The notes beneath the pieces were generated by a model, which had not been told where the DNA came from, did no database searches, and saw only the letters and a program-made list of their open reading frames with translations. Source: Kofleriaceae bacterium (GTDB lineage: Bacteria; Myxococcota_A; Polyangia; Haliangiales; Haliangiaceae). From it: a stretch of DNA of 64,000 nucleotides. The stretch is taken from NCBI GenBank assembly GCA_046597055.1, contig JBKJLC010000237.1, positions 32,001 to 96,000 on the forward strand, in the 5' to 3' direction. A program made the position numbers and the translations under genes. Below, in pieces: positions 20,093 through 35,705 of this stretch (position 1 is the stretch's first letter; each line of letters starts with the position of its first letter).

Positions 20093-22912
20093 GTGACCGC
20101 GCGCGCGCGTCTCGGGCCCGCCCTCGTCGACGACCTGCGCGCCGGCGCCCGCGCCTCGGCGGGCGGCGCGATCGCGCTGGGCGCGGTCGAGTACGCGGCC
20201 ACCGTCATCGGCCACACCGGCCCGGTCGCGCCCATGGTCGCCGCCCGCCTGCTGGTGCTCGACGCGGTCCTGGTCGCGCTGCTGTGGCTGGCGATCCTGC
20301 CGCTGTGCGCGGGCGCCGCGGTGCTGCCCCGCCTGATCCGCGCCGCGATCGCCGGACGCGCCGCGGCCGCGCGCGCGCCCCGCGCGCTGGACGCGCCCAG
20401 CCGCTGGCCCGCCCCGCTCGCGCCCGCGATCCTGGCCGGCGCGATCGCGCTGATCGGGTTCGCGGCCATCGTGACCACGGGCAGCGCCCGGCTCTTCATC
20501 TACTTCAACGAACCGGTGCTGGTCGGCGTGGTGATCTCGGTGCTGGCGGTGGTGGCCGGCGGGCTCGCGCTGGTCACCGGTCGGGTCCTCGCCGCCGTGC
20601 TGACCCGCGGCGCGCGGGCGGTGGACCGGCGCTGGCCGCGGCCGCTCGCGTGGTCGCCGCTCCGCTCGCCGTGGCTCGCGGTCCTGGTCGGCGTCGTGCT
20701 GATCGTGATCGCGCTCACGGTCACCGGCCGCGTCCACCCGCACCTGCGGGCGGTGTGGCCGTGGCGCCACCTGCTCGCGGTGCTGGCGTTCGTCGCCGGC
20801 GCCGGGCTCCAGCTCGAGCTGGCGGCGCGCTGGCCAGCGCGGCGCGGGCGCCGGCGCCGACGCACCGCCGCGATCCTGGCCGCGGCCGCGCTGGTGCTCG
20901 TCCCGCTGACGCTGGTGCATCCCGGCAGCGACGCGCGCGCCAAGTACGTCGCGGTCACCGCCTCGCCCATCCTCGCCCGCGGCATCGGCCTGGTCCGCAC
21001 CGCCAATGATCTCGATCGCGACGGGTTCGGCTCGCTGCTCGGCGAGAACGACTGCGCGCCGCGCAACCGCAAGATCCGCCCGGGCGTGCGCGACCTGCCC
21101 GACAACGACATCGACGAGAACTGCGACGGCCGCGACTTCTCGATGCGCGACCTCGCGCTGCCGACCGGCCCGACCCTGCCGGTGCCGGCCGCGTTCCAGA
21201 AGCCGTGGAACGTCCTGTTCATCACGATCGACACGGTCCGCTACGACTACACCAGCTTCGGTGGCCGCCTGACCGGCCCCCGCAAGCACGACACCACCCC
21301 GCGCATGGCCGAGCTGGTCGAGCGGGCGGCGTCGTTCAGCTTCGCCCAGGCGCCGTCGGCCGGCACCATGGCGTCGGTGCCGGCGATCCTGACCTCGAAG
21401 TTCTTCCACTCCGGGATCGGGCTCGACGAGAAGAACATCAAGCCCGGCATGCCGCCGCGGCTGAAGGCCGACAACACCACGCTCCCCGAGATCATGAAGC
21501 GCGGCGGCTACACCACCGGCGCGATCCTCACCCACGAGTACTTCAACGACTGGGGCCTGCAGCAGGGCTTCGACTGGTACGACAACGAGCTGGGCAAGAC
21601 CCACGACCCGCGCCGGGTGTCGGCCGATCGGGTCACCGACCGCGCGCTGGCGTGGATCTCGGCGCGCCCGACCCCCAAGTGGTTCCTGTGGCTCCACTAC
21701 CTCGACCCGCACGCCCACTACGTCGCGCACCCGGGCGAGCCGTCCTTCGGCGAGTCGCAGGAGGCGCTCTACGAGGGCGAGCTGCGCTGGACTGACAAGC
21801 AGATCGGGCGCCTGCTCGACGAGCTGGTCCGCCTGCCCGGCGGCGAGCGCACGATCGTCGTGATCACGAGCGACCACGGCGACGCCTTTGGCGAGCACGG
21901 CTTCGACGGCCACGCGATCGCGCTGACCCGCGAGATCCTCAACGTGCCGCTGATCTTCTACATCCCCGACAACCCGCCGCGCCAGCTCGGCGGCGCGGTG
22001 TCGAACCTCGACGCGCTGCCCACGGTGGCCCAGCTCTGCAACATCGACGTCGCCGGGCTCGCGTTCGAGGGCAAGAGCCTCGTGCCGCAGATCTTCTACG
22101 GCAAGGAGGAGCCCGACCGGGTCGTGTTCGCCGAGACCAACTATCCGAGCCCGCTCCGCGCGGCGATCTCGGCGCAGTGGAAGCTCGTCTACAACATGAA
22201 GGCGAACTTCCACGAGCTCTACGACCTGGTCGGCGACCCGTGGGAGAAGTCCAACGTCGCCCACAGCCGCAGCGACGGCATGAGCCTGATGAAGCCGATC
22301 CTCGATGGCTGGCTCGAGCGGGTGGTGTTCGCGCGCGACCCCGCGATGAGCCAGGCCGCGATGCGGATGGAGAAGGTCCTGCGCTCGGCGCCGCCGACGC
22401 CGCAGGTGCCGGTCACCGGCGTCAGCTTCGACGCCGGCGCGATCGAGGTCGTCGGCCTCGACGTGCCGACGCTGACGCCGGGCGCCAAGGTGACCCTCGC
22501 CGTGTACCTGAAGGTGGTGCGGCGACCGACCCGCGCGTTCAGCTTCGGCGCGGTCCTGTGGGGTGTGCCGGTCGGCGCACCGCCGACCACCCCGCTCGGC
22601 GCGATGTCGGCGCGCTCGCCGGTCCGGGTCACGCTCGACGGCCTGCTGCCGAGCGACCGCTGGCGCGCTGGCGAGTTCGTCCGCGAGGAGATGATCGTCA
22701 CCGTGCCGGCGTCGTGGTCATCGCCCGCCGCTGCGATCGGGCTCCTGGTCGCGCCGCCCGCCGAGGCCCGCTGGCAGGCGGCTCACCCCGAGAACGACCC
22801 GTCGCTCGGCGCGCTGACCGTGGTGCCGGTGGCCGGGGTGGCGGCGCCGCCGGTGGCGCCGCCCGGCCCCGCGCTGGTGCCAGCGCCGGCCCTGGTCCCG
22901 GCCACGAAGTAG
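20093..22912 (+). CDS. Membrane-anchored sulfatase-like hydrolase/transferase with a putative metal-binding repeat
   Basis: About 7 TM helices, DLDRDGF...DNDIDENCDG, NVLFITIDTVR, WLHYLDPH, TSDHG; no CxPxR formylglycine motif (SAGTMAS instead). Confidence 0.85.
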   Translation: MTARARLGPALVDDLRAGARASAGGAIALGAVEYAATVIGHTGPVAPMVAARLLVLDAVLVALLWLAILPLCAGAAVLPRLIRAAIAGRAAAARAPRALDAPSRWPAPLAPAILAGAIALIGFAAIVTTGSARLFIYFNEPVLVGVVISVLAVVAGGLALVTGRVLAAVLTRGARAVDRRWPRPLAWSPLRSPWLAVLVGVVLIVIALTVTGRVHPHLRAVWPWRHLLAVLAFVAGAGLQLELAARWPARRGRRRRRTAAILAAAALVLVPLTLVHPGSDARAKYVAVTASPILARGIGLVRTANDLDRDGFGSLLGENDCAPRNRKIRPGVRDLPDNDIDENCDGRDFSMRDLALPTGPTLPVPAAFQKPWNVLFITIDTVRYDYTSFGGRLTGPRKHDTTPRMAELVERAASFSFAQAPSAGTMASVPAILTSKFFHSGIGLDEKNIKPGMPPRLKADNTTLPEIMKRGGYTTGAILTHEYFNDWGLQQGFDWYDNELGKTHDPRRVSADRVTDRALAWISARPTPKWFLWLHYLDPHAHYVAHPGEPSFGESQEALYEGELRWTDKQIGRLLDELVRLPGGERTIVVITSDHGDAFGEHGFDGHAIALTREILNVPLIFYIPDNPPRQLGGAVSNLDALPTVAQLCNIDVAGLAFEGKSLVPQIFYGKEEPDRVVFAETNYPSPLRAAISAQWKLVYNMKANFHELYDLVGDPWEKSNVAHSRSDGMSLMKPILDGWLERVVFARDPAMSQAAMRMEKVLRSAPPTPQVPVTGVSFDAGAIEVVGLDVPTLTPGAKVTLAVYLKVVRRPTRAFSFGAVLWGVPVGAPPTTPLGAMSARSPVRVTLDGLLPSDRWRAGEFVREEMIVTVPASWSSPAAAIGLLVAPPAEARWQAAHPENDPSLGALTVVPVAGVAAPPVAPPGPALVPAPALVPATK

Positions 22913-22987
22913 CCAGAACCCGAGCGAAACCACCGAGGTCCAGGCCGGGGGATGTCCTGGCCACCGGCCCCGTATTACGATTGCGCC

Positions 22988-23728
22988 ATGATCACCGACC
23001 TCGCCAGCTTCTTCTTCAGCCAGGCCCGCGTCGCCGAGGAGGAAGCCGGTCGGATGTACGACGCCGTGATCGGCATCGTCACCGACATCAAGGACGAGGC
23101 GAAGCTGTGCCGGGTGAAGGTCAAGATCCCGACCATGCCCGAGGGCAACGACAACACCTGGTGGTGCAACTGGGTGTCGGTCGGTGGTGGCAAGGACCGC
23201 GGCTGGTTCTCGGTGCCCGAGGTCGACGACGAGGTGCTCCTGATGTTCGAGCACGGCGACATCGGCCGGCCGCTCATCATCGGCGCGCTGTGGAACGGCA
23301 AGGACAAGCCGCCCGACAGCAACGGTGACGGCTCGAACAAGAAGCGCATGTTCAAGTCGAAGAGCGGCTCGACCGTGACCCTCGACGACGACAAGGGCAC
23401 GATCGAGATCAAGGACGGCGGCGGCAAGGGCATCGTCACGATCGCCAAGGACAACAAGATCAACATCGAGGCCAAGACCGGCGACGTGACCTTCTTCGGC
23501 AAGGACGAGGTGAACCTCCTCGCCGCCGAGATCACCATCAAGGCGACCGGTGAGTGCAAGTTCGCCGCGGGCTCGGGCGGCCTCAAGGCCTCGGGCGCGA
23601 CCGCCAAGGTCAACGCCGGCGCGGTCAAGATCATGGGCTCCACCGTCGACTTCAACCCCGGCGGTGTCGCCCAGGCCGACGCCGCCAGCGGCACCGTCTC
23701 CGACGTCCCCGATCCTGTCAAAGGCTGA
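22988..23728 (+). CDS. Phage baseplate assembly protein V / Gp5-OB spike (eCIS/VgrG-like)
   Basis: GIVTD...RVKVKIP, GWFSVPEVDDEVLLMFEHGD..RP.IIGALWN, then beta-helix-like repeats; ATG 6 nt after TACGAT. Confidence 0.88.
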   Translation: MITDLASFFFSQARVAEEEAGRMYDAVIGIVTDIKDEAKLCRVKVKIPTMPEGNDNTWWCNWVSVGGGKDRGWFSVPEVDDEVLLMFEHGDIGRPLIIGALWNGKDKPPDSNGDGSNKKRMFKSKSGSTVTLDDDKGTIEIKDGGGKGIVTIAKDNKINIEAKTGDVTFFGKDEVNLLAAEITIKATGECKFAAGSGGLKASGATAKVNAGAVKIMGSTVDFNPGGVAQADAASGTVSDVPDPVKG

Positions 23729-23782
23729 CGACGGCGCGCCCCCCGGCGGGTGCGCACCAGACCGCCGGCTCGAGCGAGCCGG

Positions 23783-24007
23783 TCAGTCGTCGGCGGGGGC
23801 CTCGCCATCGGCGAGGCGGCGGTTGCGATCCGCGGCGAGCTCGTACTCCGTGCGGTACTTGCCGGGCTTCTCGCGCTCGGCGGCGCGGTCCCACTGGTGG
23901 GCGGCGTCGCGGTAAGCGCGCGTGCGGGTGCCGTCGTCGCCGGCCTCGGCCGCCTTTTGCTCGGAGGCGACCGCCTTGGCCACGTAGGGGTTCTTGCCGA
24001 AGCCCAT
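23783..24007 (-). CDS. Small helical hypothetical protein (74 aa)
   Basis: MGFGKNPYVAKA...AAHQWDRAAERE; starts 2 bp after the VanW gene stop; GC3-rich codons. Confidence 0.7.
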   Translation of the reverse strand: MGFGKNPYVAKAVASEQKAAEAGDDGTRTRAYRDAAHQWDRAAEREKPGKYRTEYELAADRNRRLADGEAPADD

Positions 24008-24009
24008 GA

Positions 24010-25410
<1,401 letters not shown>

Positions 25411-25572
25411 TCAGGTTGCCCTTATCACATTCTCCCGGACGGCCAGGGAAGGCAAGAATCAGCCGGATAGCGCATGGTTTTGCATCGCCCGCGCCAGTGC
25501 AAGTCCTTGCCGGACCAGGAGTCGTGTGGACGTGGACACGGCGCACGTGGGTGGGTGGACGCGGATCCGGGT

Positions 25573-25601
25573 TTGACAGCCCGCCCCCCATGCCGCAGAT
25601 T
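25573..25601 (+). promoter_or_regulatory. Sigma70-type promoter
   Basis: TTGACA, 17 nt, CAGATT, 8 nt before ATG at 25610. Confidence 0.65.
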
Positions 25602-25609
25602 CCTTTCCG

Positions 25610-25801
25610 ATGGGCTCGCTCGTTCAACGCAACAAGTCGGTCGCCAAGCGCAAAGGTGCGATCGCCGCTGCCACCGGTGTGGGTGCAGGTGTCGCGTTGG
25701 TCGCGCTGAGTCCGGTGGTCGGGGTCCTGGGGCTCGCCGGCGCGGCGTACCTCGGCTACGACTGGCTCTCGTTCCGGATCAAGAACGGCCTGCGGTTCTG
25801 A
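25610..25801 (+). CDS. Small membrane protein (63 aa)
   Basis: Basic N-terminus, Gly/Ala-rich hydrophobic hairpin, own promoter, 4 bp before the kinase gene. Confidence 0.7.
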   Translation: MGSLVQRNKSVAKRKGAIAAATGVGAGVALVALSPVVGVLGLAGAAYLGYDWLSFRIKNGLRF

Positions 25802-25805
25802 CCGG

Positions 25806-27401
<1,596 letters not shown>

Positions 27402-27489
27402 CGTCTGGTCCGGAGCATCACTCGGAGGGTCGCGATTTGACCGTTGCGCGCGCAGACGCGTATTCTCGCTCGGAGATGGGAGACCGCCG

Positions 27490-29223
27490 ATGACGGAGCC
27501 GGCCACGGCTGCCCACGACCTGGCCGAGCCGACCCATCAGGCCATGGCCACCGGGCCGACCCTCGGCGGATGGACCGTCGGCGCCCGGGTCCGGGAGACG
27601 CTGATCGCCAGCGTGCACCAGTGCACCCGCGGTGAGGAGCACGGCACGATCCACCTGGTCCACCCGCAGCTGGCCAAGCTGCGCGAGGTGGTCGCCGCGC
27701 TGTCGGAGCGGGCGCCACGGACCTCGCACCTGACCGACCACCGCAACGTGCTGCACGTGCTCGGCGCCGGTCACGAGCAGGGCCACCTCTACGTGGTGAC
27801 GGAGGCCGAGGACGGCCCGATCCTGCGCGACGTCCTCGACCGTAAGCACGCCGGCACCGGCCTCGGCCTGCCCTCGCGCGGCGCCGGCAACGTGCTCGCG
27901 CTGGTCGCGCAGGGCCTGATCAGCGCCCACGATCCTGGCCAGGCCGGGCTCATCCACGGCGCGATCGGCGACGAGTCGGTCACGATCTCGCGCGGCGGGC
28001 GCATCGCGATCACCGATCTCGCGCTGGGCCCCGCGCTGTGCGCCGCGATCGCGCTCGGCGCGGTGAAGGCACCCGGCTGGATCGCGCCCGAGGTGCTGCG
28101 GGGCGAGCCGCCCACCGCGGTGTCCGACGTGTACGGCCTGGGCGCCCTGCTCTACGACGCGCTGGTCGGGCAGCCACTCACCCGCGGCGGGCCGCGTCCC
28201 AGCGAGGTCTGCCCCGGGCTGCCGCCCGAGGTCGACGAGATCATCGCGCGCGCCTGCGCCGAGAAGCCCGACCGCCGGTTCGGGTCGGTCGCCGCGCTGC
28301 GCGAGCTGGTGATGGACGTGCTCCTGCACGGCGCGGCCGACGAGGACGAGCCAGGCGCGGGTGACAGCCTGGCGTCGGCACCCCGGCCCGCGCTGGCGAT
28401 CCCGCCGGCGCTCGAGGCCGCGATGGAGGACCCACACGAGCGCTGGCTGGTAACCAAGGGGCGCTTCGACTTCGGGCCGTTCTCGATGAAGAGCGTCGTC
28501 GATCAGATCGTGAACGGCCACATCCATCACGGCGCGGTCCTGTTCGACAAGGACGACGGCGGGCGGGTGAAGGTCGAGGAGCACCCGCTGCTCGGGCCCT
28601 TGATCGACGCCGCCAAGCAAGCCCACGACGACGCCCGCCGGGCCCACGCCGAGGTCAAGCACCAGTCGCGCGAACGCAACCGCGGCGTCACGCTGTACGC
28701 CGGCATCGCGCTCGGCCTGGCCGCCGCGGTGGTCGGCGTCTACCTCCTGATCCAGGCGGTGTCGTCGGCCGGCAAGGGCAAGCAGGTCGCGGGTGCGTCG
28801 GTCACCGAGGCCACGCTCAAGGTCACCGTGTCGGCGCCCAAGGCGCCCGAGCGCAAGAAGGCGGTCGGCGGCGGCGGCGGCCGACGCACCAGCGGCGGCG
28901 GCGGCGGTGGTGGTGGCAACGACGTGCTCGCGTTCGACATGTCCGACGAGAACGACGCCACCGAGACGCTCGACATGGGCACGGTCTACAACGTGTACTC
29001 GCGCTTCGGCGGCCAGCTCGGCGGCTGCCTGCAGCGGACCGGCGGCTCGTCGGTGAACATCAGCATCATCATCGACGGCCCCACCGGCCGGGTGACCTGG
29101 CTGCGCACCAACGGCGAGTCGTCGGGCGCGCTGTTCAGCTGCATCAACGGCGTCATGCGCAGCATGAAGTTCCCGACCATCAACGGACCGCGCACCCGCG
29201 CCGAGTTCGACATCTCGATGTGA
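27490..29223 (+). CDS. Pseudokinase-GYF-TM-AgmX/TonB-C-like protein
   Basis: Kinase fold keeps WIAPE and SDVYGLG but lacks the Gly loop; VAIK>GTIH, HRD>HGA, DFG>DLA; WLV..DFGPF GYF-like; TM; Gly linker; C-terminal domain with two Cys ending ..MKFP. Confidence 0.8.
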   Translation: MTEPATAAHDLAEPTHQAMATGPTLGGWTVGARVRETLIASVHQCTRGEEHGTIHLVHPQLAKLREVVAALSERAPRTSHLTDHRNVLHVLGAGHEQGHLYVVTEAEDGPILRDVLDRKHAGTGLGLPSRGAGNVLALVAQGLISAHDPGQAGLIHGAIGDESVTISRGGRIAITDLALGPALCAAIALGAVKAPGWIAPEVLRGEPPTAVSDVYGLGALLYDALVGQPLTRGGPRPSEVCPGLPPEVDEIIARACAEKPDRRFGSVAALRELVMDVLLHGAADEDEPGAGDSLASAPRPALAIPPALEAAMEDPHERWLVTKGRFDFGPFSMKSVVDQIVNGHIHHGAVLFDKDDGGRVKVEEHPLLGPLIDAAKQAHDDARRAHAEVKHQSRERNRGVTLYAGIALGLAAAVVGVYLLIQAVSSAGKGKQVAGASVTEATLKVTVSAPKAPERKKAVGGGGGRRTSGGGGGGGGNDVLAFDMSDENDATETLDMGTVYNVYSRFGGQLGGCLQRTGGSSVNISIIIDGPTGRVTWLRTNGESSGALFSCINGVMRSMKFPTINGPRTRAEFDISM

Positions 29224-29263
29224 GCGTGGTGGACGCCCTGCCCCACGACCCGCCCCCCCTCCG

Positions 29264-32188
<2,925 letters not shown>

Positions 32189-32205
32189 GCGCGCGGACGA
32201 TGCCG

Positions 32206-32472
32206 TCAGCGGTAGCCGGGACCGGCCGACTCGGGCGTGACCCGGACCGCGCGGATCTCGGTGACCTCGACCGCGTAGCGCTCCTTGCGCTGCGTCACCA
32301 CGATGGCGACCTCCGCCGCGACCTCGATCGCGCTGACGCGGTCGATGATCAGCGCGTCGTCGCCGAAGCCGAGGTAGACCGAGCAAGCGCCGGTGTTGGG
32401 GGCGAGCAGCGCGTCACCCTCCTTGCGGAAGCCCTGGCGCGTCAGGATGTCGAGGAGGTTCTTGGCCTGCAT
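32206..32472 (-). CDS. Small hypothetical protein (88 aa)
   Basis: MQAKNLLDIL...AGPGYR; GC3-rich codons; TACCTT upstream. Confidence 0.75.
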   Translation of the reverse strand: MQAKNLLDILTRQGFRKEGDALLAPNTGACSVYLGFGDDALIIDRVSAIEVAAEVAIVVTQRKERYAVEVTEIRAVRVTPESAGPGYR

Positions 32473-32502
32473 GGCAGGCCGAAGGTAGCACCGCCGGGTC
32501 CA

Positions 32503-33081
32503 GTCGTCGCGTCGCGCGTCGCGCCGGGGGGCCCGGCATGGATCGTCGCCGCGGTCCTGGTGGCGGCCGCGGCGTGCGCCCGGCCGCAGCCGGTTGGACC
32601 CAGCGCGATGACCCAGGCCGACATCGCGGTGGCCGAGGCCGCGCTCGCCCGCCGCGAGCACGACGTGGCCCGGGCCGCGTATACCCGCGCGATCGCGCGC
32701 GCCGCCGATCCGGCCAGCGCGGCGTACGCCCGGCGGGAGCTCGCCAGCATGCTGGTGCTCGTCCAGGAGCTCGCGGCCGGCGAGCGCGAGCTGGTCGCGG
32801 TGACCCGGCTCGCGCCGTCCGATCCCGCCGCCTGGCACGACCTCGGGATCGTTCGCCACGCGCGCGGCGATCTGCCGGGCGCGACCGTCGCGCTCGCGCG
32901 GGCCCGCGAGCTGGCGCCGCGTGATCCGCGGCCCCGGATCGCGCTGGCCGCGCTGCACTGGAAGCGCGGCGACCACGCGGCGGCGGCAACGGAGTACCGC
33001 GCGCTGCTCGAGCTCGAGCTGCCGGCCCGGGTGCGGGCCAAGGTCGAGTGGGCGCTCGCCGAGCTGGCGCGGACACCCTGA
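32503..33081 (+). CDS. TPR-repeat lipoprotein (start codon uncertain)
   Basis: Lipobox LVAAAAC; TPR patterns AAWHDLG, RIALA; no in-frame ATG/GTG found at the front of the signal peptide. Confidence 0.65.
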   Translation, partial: VVASRVAPGGPAWIVAAVLVAAAACARPQPVGPSAMTQADIAVAEAALARREHDVARAAYTRAIARAADPASAAYARRELASMLVLVQELAAGERELVAVTRLAPSDPAAWHDLGIVRHARGDLPGATVALARARELAPRDPRPRIALAALHWKRGDHAAAATEYRALLELELPARVRAKVEWALAELARTP

Positions 33082-33118
33082 TCGGGCGTCGCGCGCGCCG
33101 GTCCCGTATACTGGCGCC

Positions 33119-35653
33119 ATGTTGCGCGGCCACGTGGCCTCACTACTGTTCGCGCTGCTCGCCGTCGCGCCCGCCCCGGCCGCGGCCGATGGCGAGACCT
33201 GGGGCTTTGACTGGCTCGGCCGCATCGAGAGCGACGCGCAGGGCCTCGACAGCGAAGACCCCGAGATCCGGCTGGCCGCGGTCAACGCGCTGCGCGGCTA
33301 CGACCCGGCGCTGACCCGACGCTTCCTGCTGAAGGCGCTCGGGGACGACGAGGACGCGGTCCGGCTGGCCGCGGCCCGCGCGCTCGCTGCCGGCGGCGTC
33401 GCCGAGACGGTCCCCCGCGTGATCGAGTGGCTCGGCGAGGCCGACAGCCGCGTGCGCGGCACCGCGGCCGAGGTGCTCGGTCAGCTCGGCACCGAGGCCG
33501 GCAGCGCCGCGCTGATCCGCACCCTCGGCGACACCGACCCGGTGGTGCGGGTCAAGGCGGTCACCGCGCTCGGCGCGATCGGCGGACGCGGCGACCGCTC
33601 GGTGGTGGTGCCGCTGATCTCGCGGCTGTCCGACGACAAGACCGAGGTGCGCCGCGGCGCGATCGAGCAGCTGCGCGCGATCGGCGATCGCCGGGCGGTG
33701 GTGCCGCTGGTCGGCGCCTTCACCGACAACTCGCTCGAGGTCCGCAAGGCCGCGGTGCAGGCGGTCGGACGGCTCGGCGATCGCGCCGCGATCCCGGCCC
33801 TGATGCGCCTGCTCGGCGACCCGGTGCCCGAGATCCGGGGGCTGGCGATCGGGTCGCTCGGCGAGCTGGGCGCGGTCGAGGCGGTCGACGAGCTGATCCA
33901 GATCCTGTCGTCGTCTGGCGACCACGTCGCCAAGGCGGCGTTCGCGCTCGGCCAGATCGCCCGCCTCGGCGACCCCGAGGCCTCCCCGCTCGCGGTCGAG
34001 GCGCTGGTCGCCGCGCTGGCCGACGCCGCTCAGCGCGACGGCGCGACCGAGGCCCTGCGCGCGGCCGGGACCATCGCGGTCCCGGCCCTGGTCGCGCACC
34101 TCGACGGCCAGCTAGCCGGCGACCCCACCCGCGCGGTCAGGCTGCTCGCCGAGCTGGGCGACGCCCGCGCGACCGATGCCCTGGTCGCCGAGCTCGAGCG
34201 CGGCCGGGTCGCGGTCGCCGACGTGGTCGCGGCGCTGGCGCGGACCCGCGATCCCCGCGCGCTCATCCCGGTGCTGCGCCTGATCGCCGCTGACGATGCG
34301 ACCATCCGGCTGGCCGCGATGACCGCGATCGGCCCGCTGCTCGGCACCGATCCGCGCGCCGCCGACGCGATCGTCGAGCGGCTCGGCGACGAGGACGAGG
34401 AGATCCGCGTGCTCGCGGCCGAGTACCTGGGCCAGATCGGCGCGCGCAACGCGGTGGCGCCGCTGGTCGGGCTCGCCGGCGGCGGCAACCCGCTGCGGCT
34501 GCGTCGCGCCGCGATCGACGCCCTCGGCGGCATCGGCGATGCCCGCGCGGTGCCCGCGCTGCTCGCCGCGATCAAGGACGGCCCCGAGCCGCTGCAGCAG
34601 GCGGCGGCCGACGCGCTCAGCTACATCGGCGATCCGGGGTCGGCAACGCTCCTCGGCAAGCTCGCCGACGACCTGCGCGGGCCCGGCCGTCATCACGCGG
34701 TGCGCGCCTGGGGCGCGGTGCTGCGCGATCGACCCGAGCCGCGCACGCGGGCCCGCCTCGAGGAGCTGGCGCGGACCGCGCCGGCGCCGGTCGCGATCGC
34801 GGCGATCGGGGCGCTGGCCGCGATGGGCGACGCTGCCGCGGCCCCGACCCTGATCGCGCTGGTCGGCGCGGCCACGCCCGAGCGTCAGCGCGCCGCCGCG
34901 TGGGCGCTCGGCGAGCTCGGGGTCGCCGCGGCGGTGCCGGTCCTGGTGGCCGCGCTCGCCAGCAGCGACGACCGGGTCGCGTCCGCGGCGGCGTGGGCGC
35001 TCGGCGATCTGGCCGCGAAGCCGGCGCTGCGGGCGCAGCTCGCGCAGGTGGCCGGCCCGGCGCTGCGCCGGCTGGCCCGCCGCGGCTCGTGGGCGACCGC
35101 GATCGACGCCACCGCGACCCTCGGCCGGGCCCGGATCGCCGATGGCGCCGGCGATCTCGCGACCCTGGTCTTCCACCGTTCGCCGCTGATCCGCGCCAAC
35201 GCCGCCTGGTCGCTCGGGGCCCTCGCCGGGAGCGGCACCACGCTGCCCGCCGATGCGATCGCCGCGCTCACCCGCGCGGTCGGCGAGGATCCCAGCGCGA
35301 TCGTCCGCGTCAGCGCGGTGCGCGCGCTGGCCGCGGTGCCGGCACGACCGGCCCCGGCGACCGCCGCGATCCGGACCGCGGCCGACGCCGATCGGGCCGA
35401 GCCGGTGCGCACCGCGGCGACCAGCGCGCTGGCGGGCCGGCCCGCGACACCCGCACGCAACGAGTGGCGGGTCTTCTACGTCGTCGACGCGGCGACCACC
35501 GACAAGCTGGTGCGCGAGGAGCCCTACGTCCTGATCGGCGCCGACGGCCTGATCTGGGCGACCTACACCGACCTGCGCGGCATGGTGGTCAGCGAGCACT
35601 TCCCTGCCGGAGACGCCGCGCTCCATCCCGGCTCGTCCGACCCGACGCTGTAG
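33119..35653 (+). CDS. Exported HEAT/PBS-repeat protein
   Basis: Signal peptide; many LxD.D..VR..A..ALG repeats; ATG 6 nt after TATACT. Confidence 0.9.
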   Translation: MLRGHVASLLFALLAVAPAPAAADGETWGFDWLGRIESDAQGLDSEDPEIRLAAVNALRGYDPALTRRFLLKALGDDEDAVRLAAARALAAGGVAETVPRVIEWLGEADSRVRGTAAEVLGQLGTEAGSAALIRTLGDTDPVVRVKAVTALGAIGGRGDRSVVVPLISRLSDDKTEVRRGAIEQLRAIGDRRAVVPLVGAFTDNSLEVRKAAVQAVGRLGDRAAIPALMRLLGDPVPEIRGLAIGSLGELGAVEAVDELIQILSSSGDHVAKAAFALGQIARLGDPEASPLAVEALVAALADAAQRDGATEALRAAGTIAVPALVAHLDGQLAGDPTRAVRLLAELGDARATDALVAELERGRVAVADVVAALARTRDPRALIPVLRLIAADDATIRLAAMTAIGPLLGTDPRAADAIVERLGDEDEEIRVLAAEYLGQIGARNAVAPLVGLAGGGNPLRLRRAAIDALGGIGDARAVPALLAAIKDGPEPLQQAAADALSYIGDPGSATLLGKLADDLRGPGRHHAVRAWGAVLRDRPEPRTRARLEELARTAPAPVAIAAIGALAAMGDAAAAPTLIALVGAATPERQRAAAWALGELGVAAAVPVLVAALASSDDRVASAAAWALGDLAAKPALRAQLAQVAGPALRRLARRGSWATAIDATATLGRARIADGAGDLATLVFHRSPLIRANAAWSLGALAGSGTTLPADAIAALTRAVGEDPSAIVRVSAVRALAAVPARPAPATAAIRTAADADRAEPVRTAATSALAGRPATPARNEWRVFYVVDAATTDKLVREEPYVLIGADGLIWATYTDLRGMVVSEHFPAGDAALHPGSSDPTL

Positions 35654-35705
35654 GCGGCCGCCCCCGACCAGGCGCGAGGGAGCGCCGGCGAGGGTCCGAG
35701 CGCCG

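Noticed and set aside
25481..25512. Sigma54-like sites upstream of the VanW gene
   Set aside because: CGGCAAGGACTTGCA has GG-GC spacing one base short; TGGCGC-N5-ATGCA has correct spacing but a weak match, so neither was called.
28866..28917. GGC/GGT trinucleotide runs
   Set aside because: Encode an ordinary poly-Gly linker; in-frame triplets would not cause phase variation.
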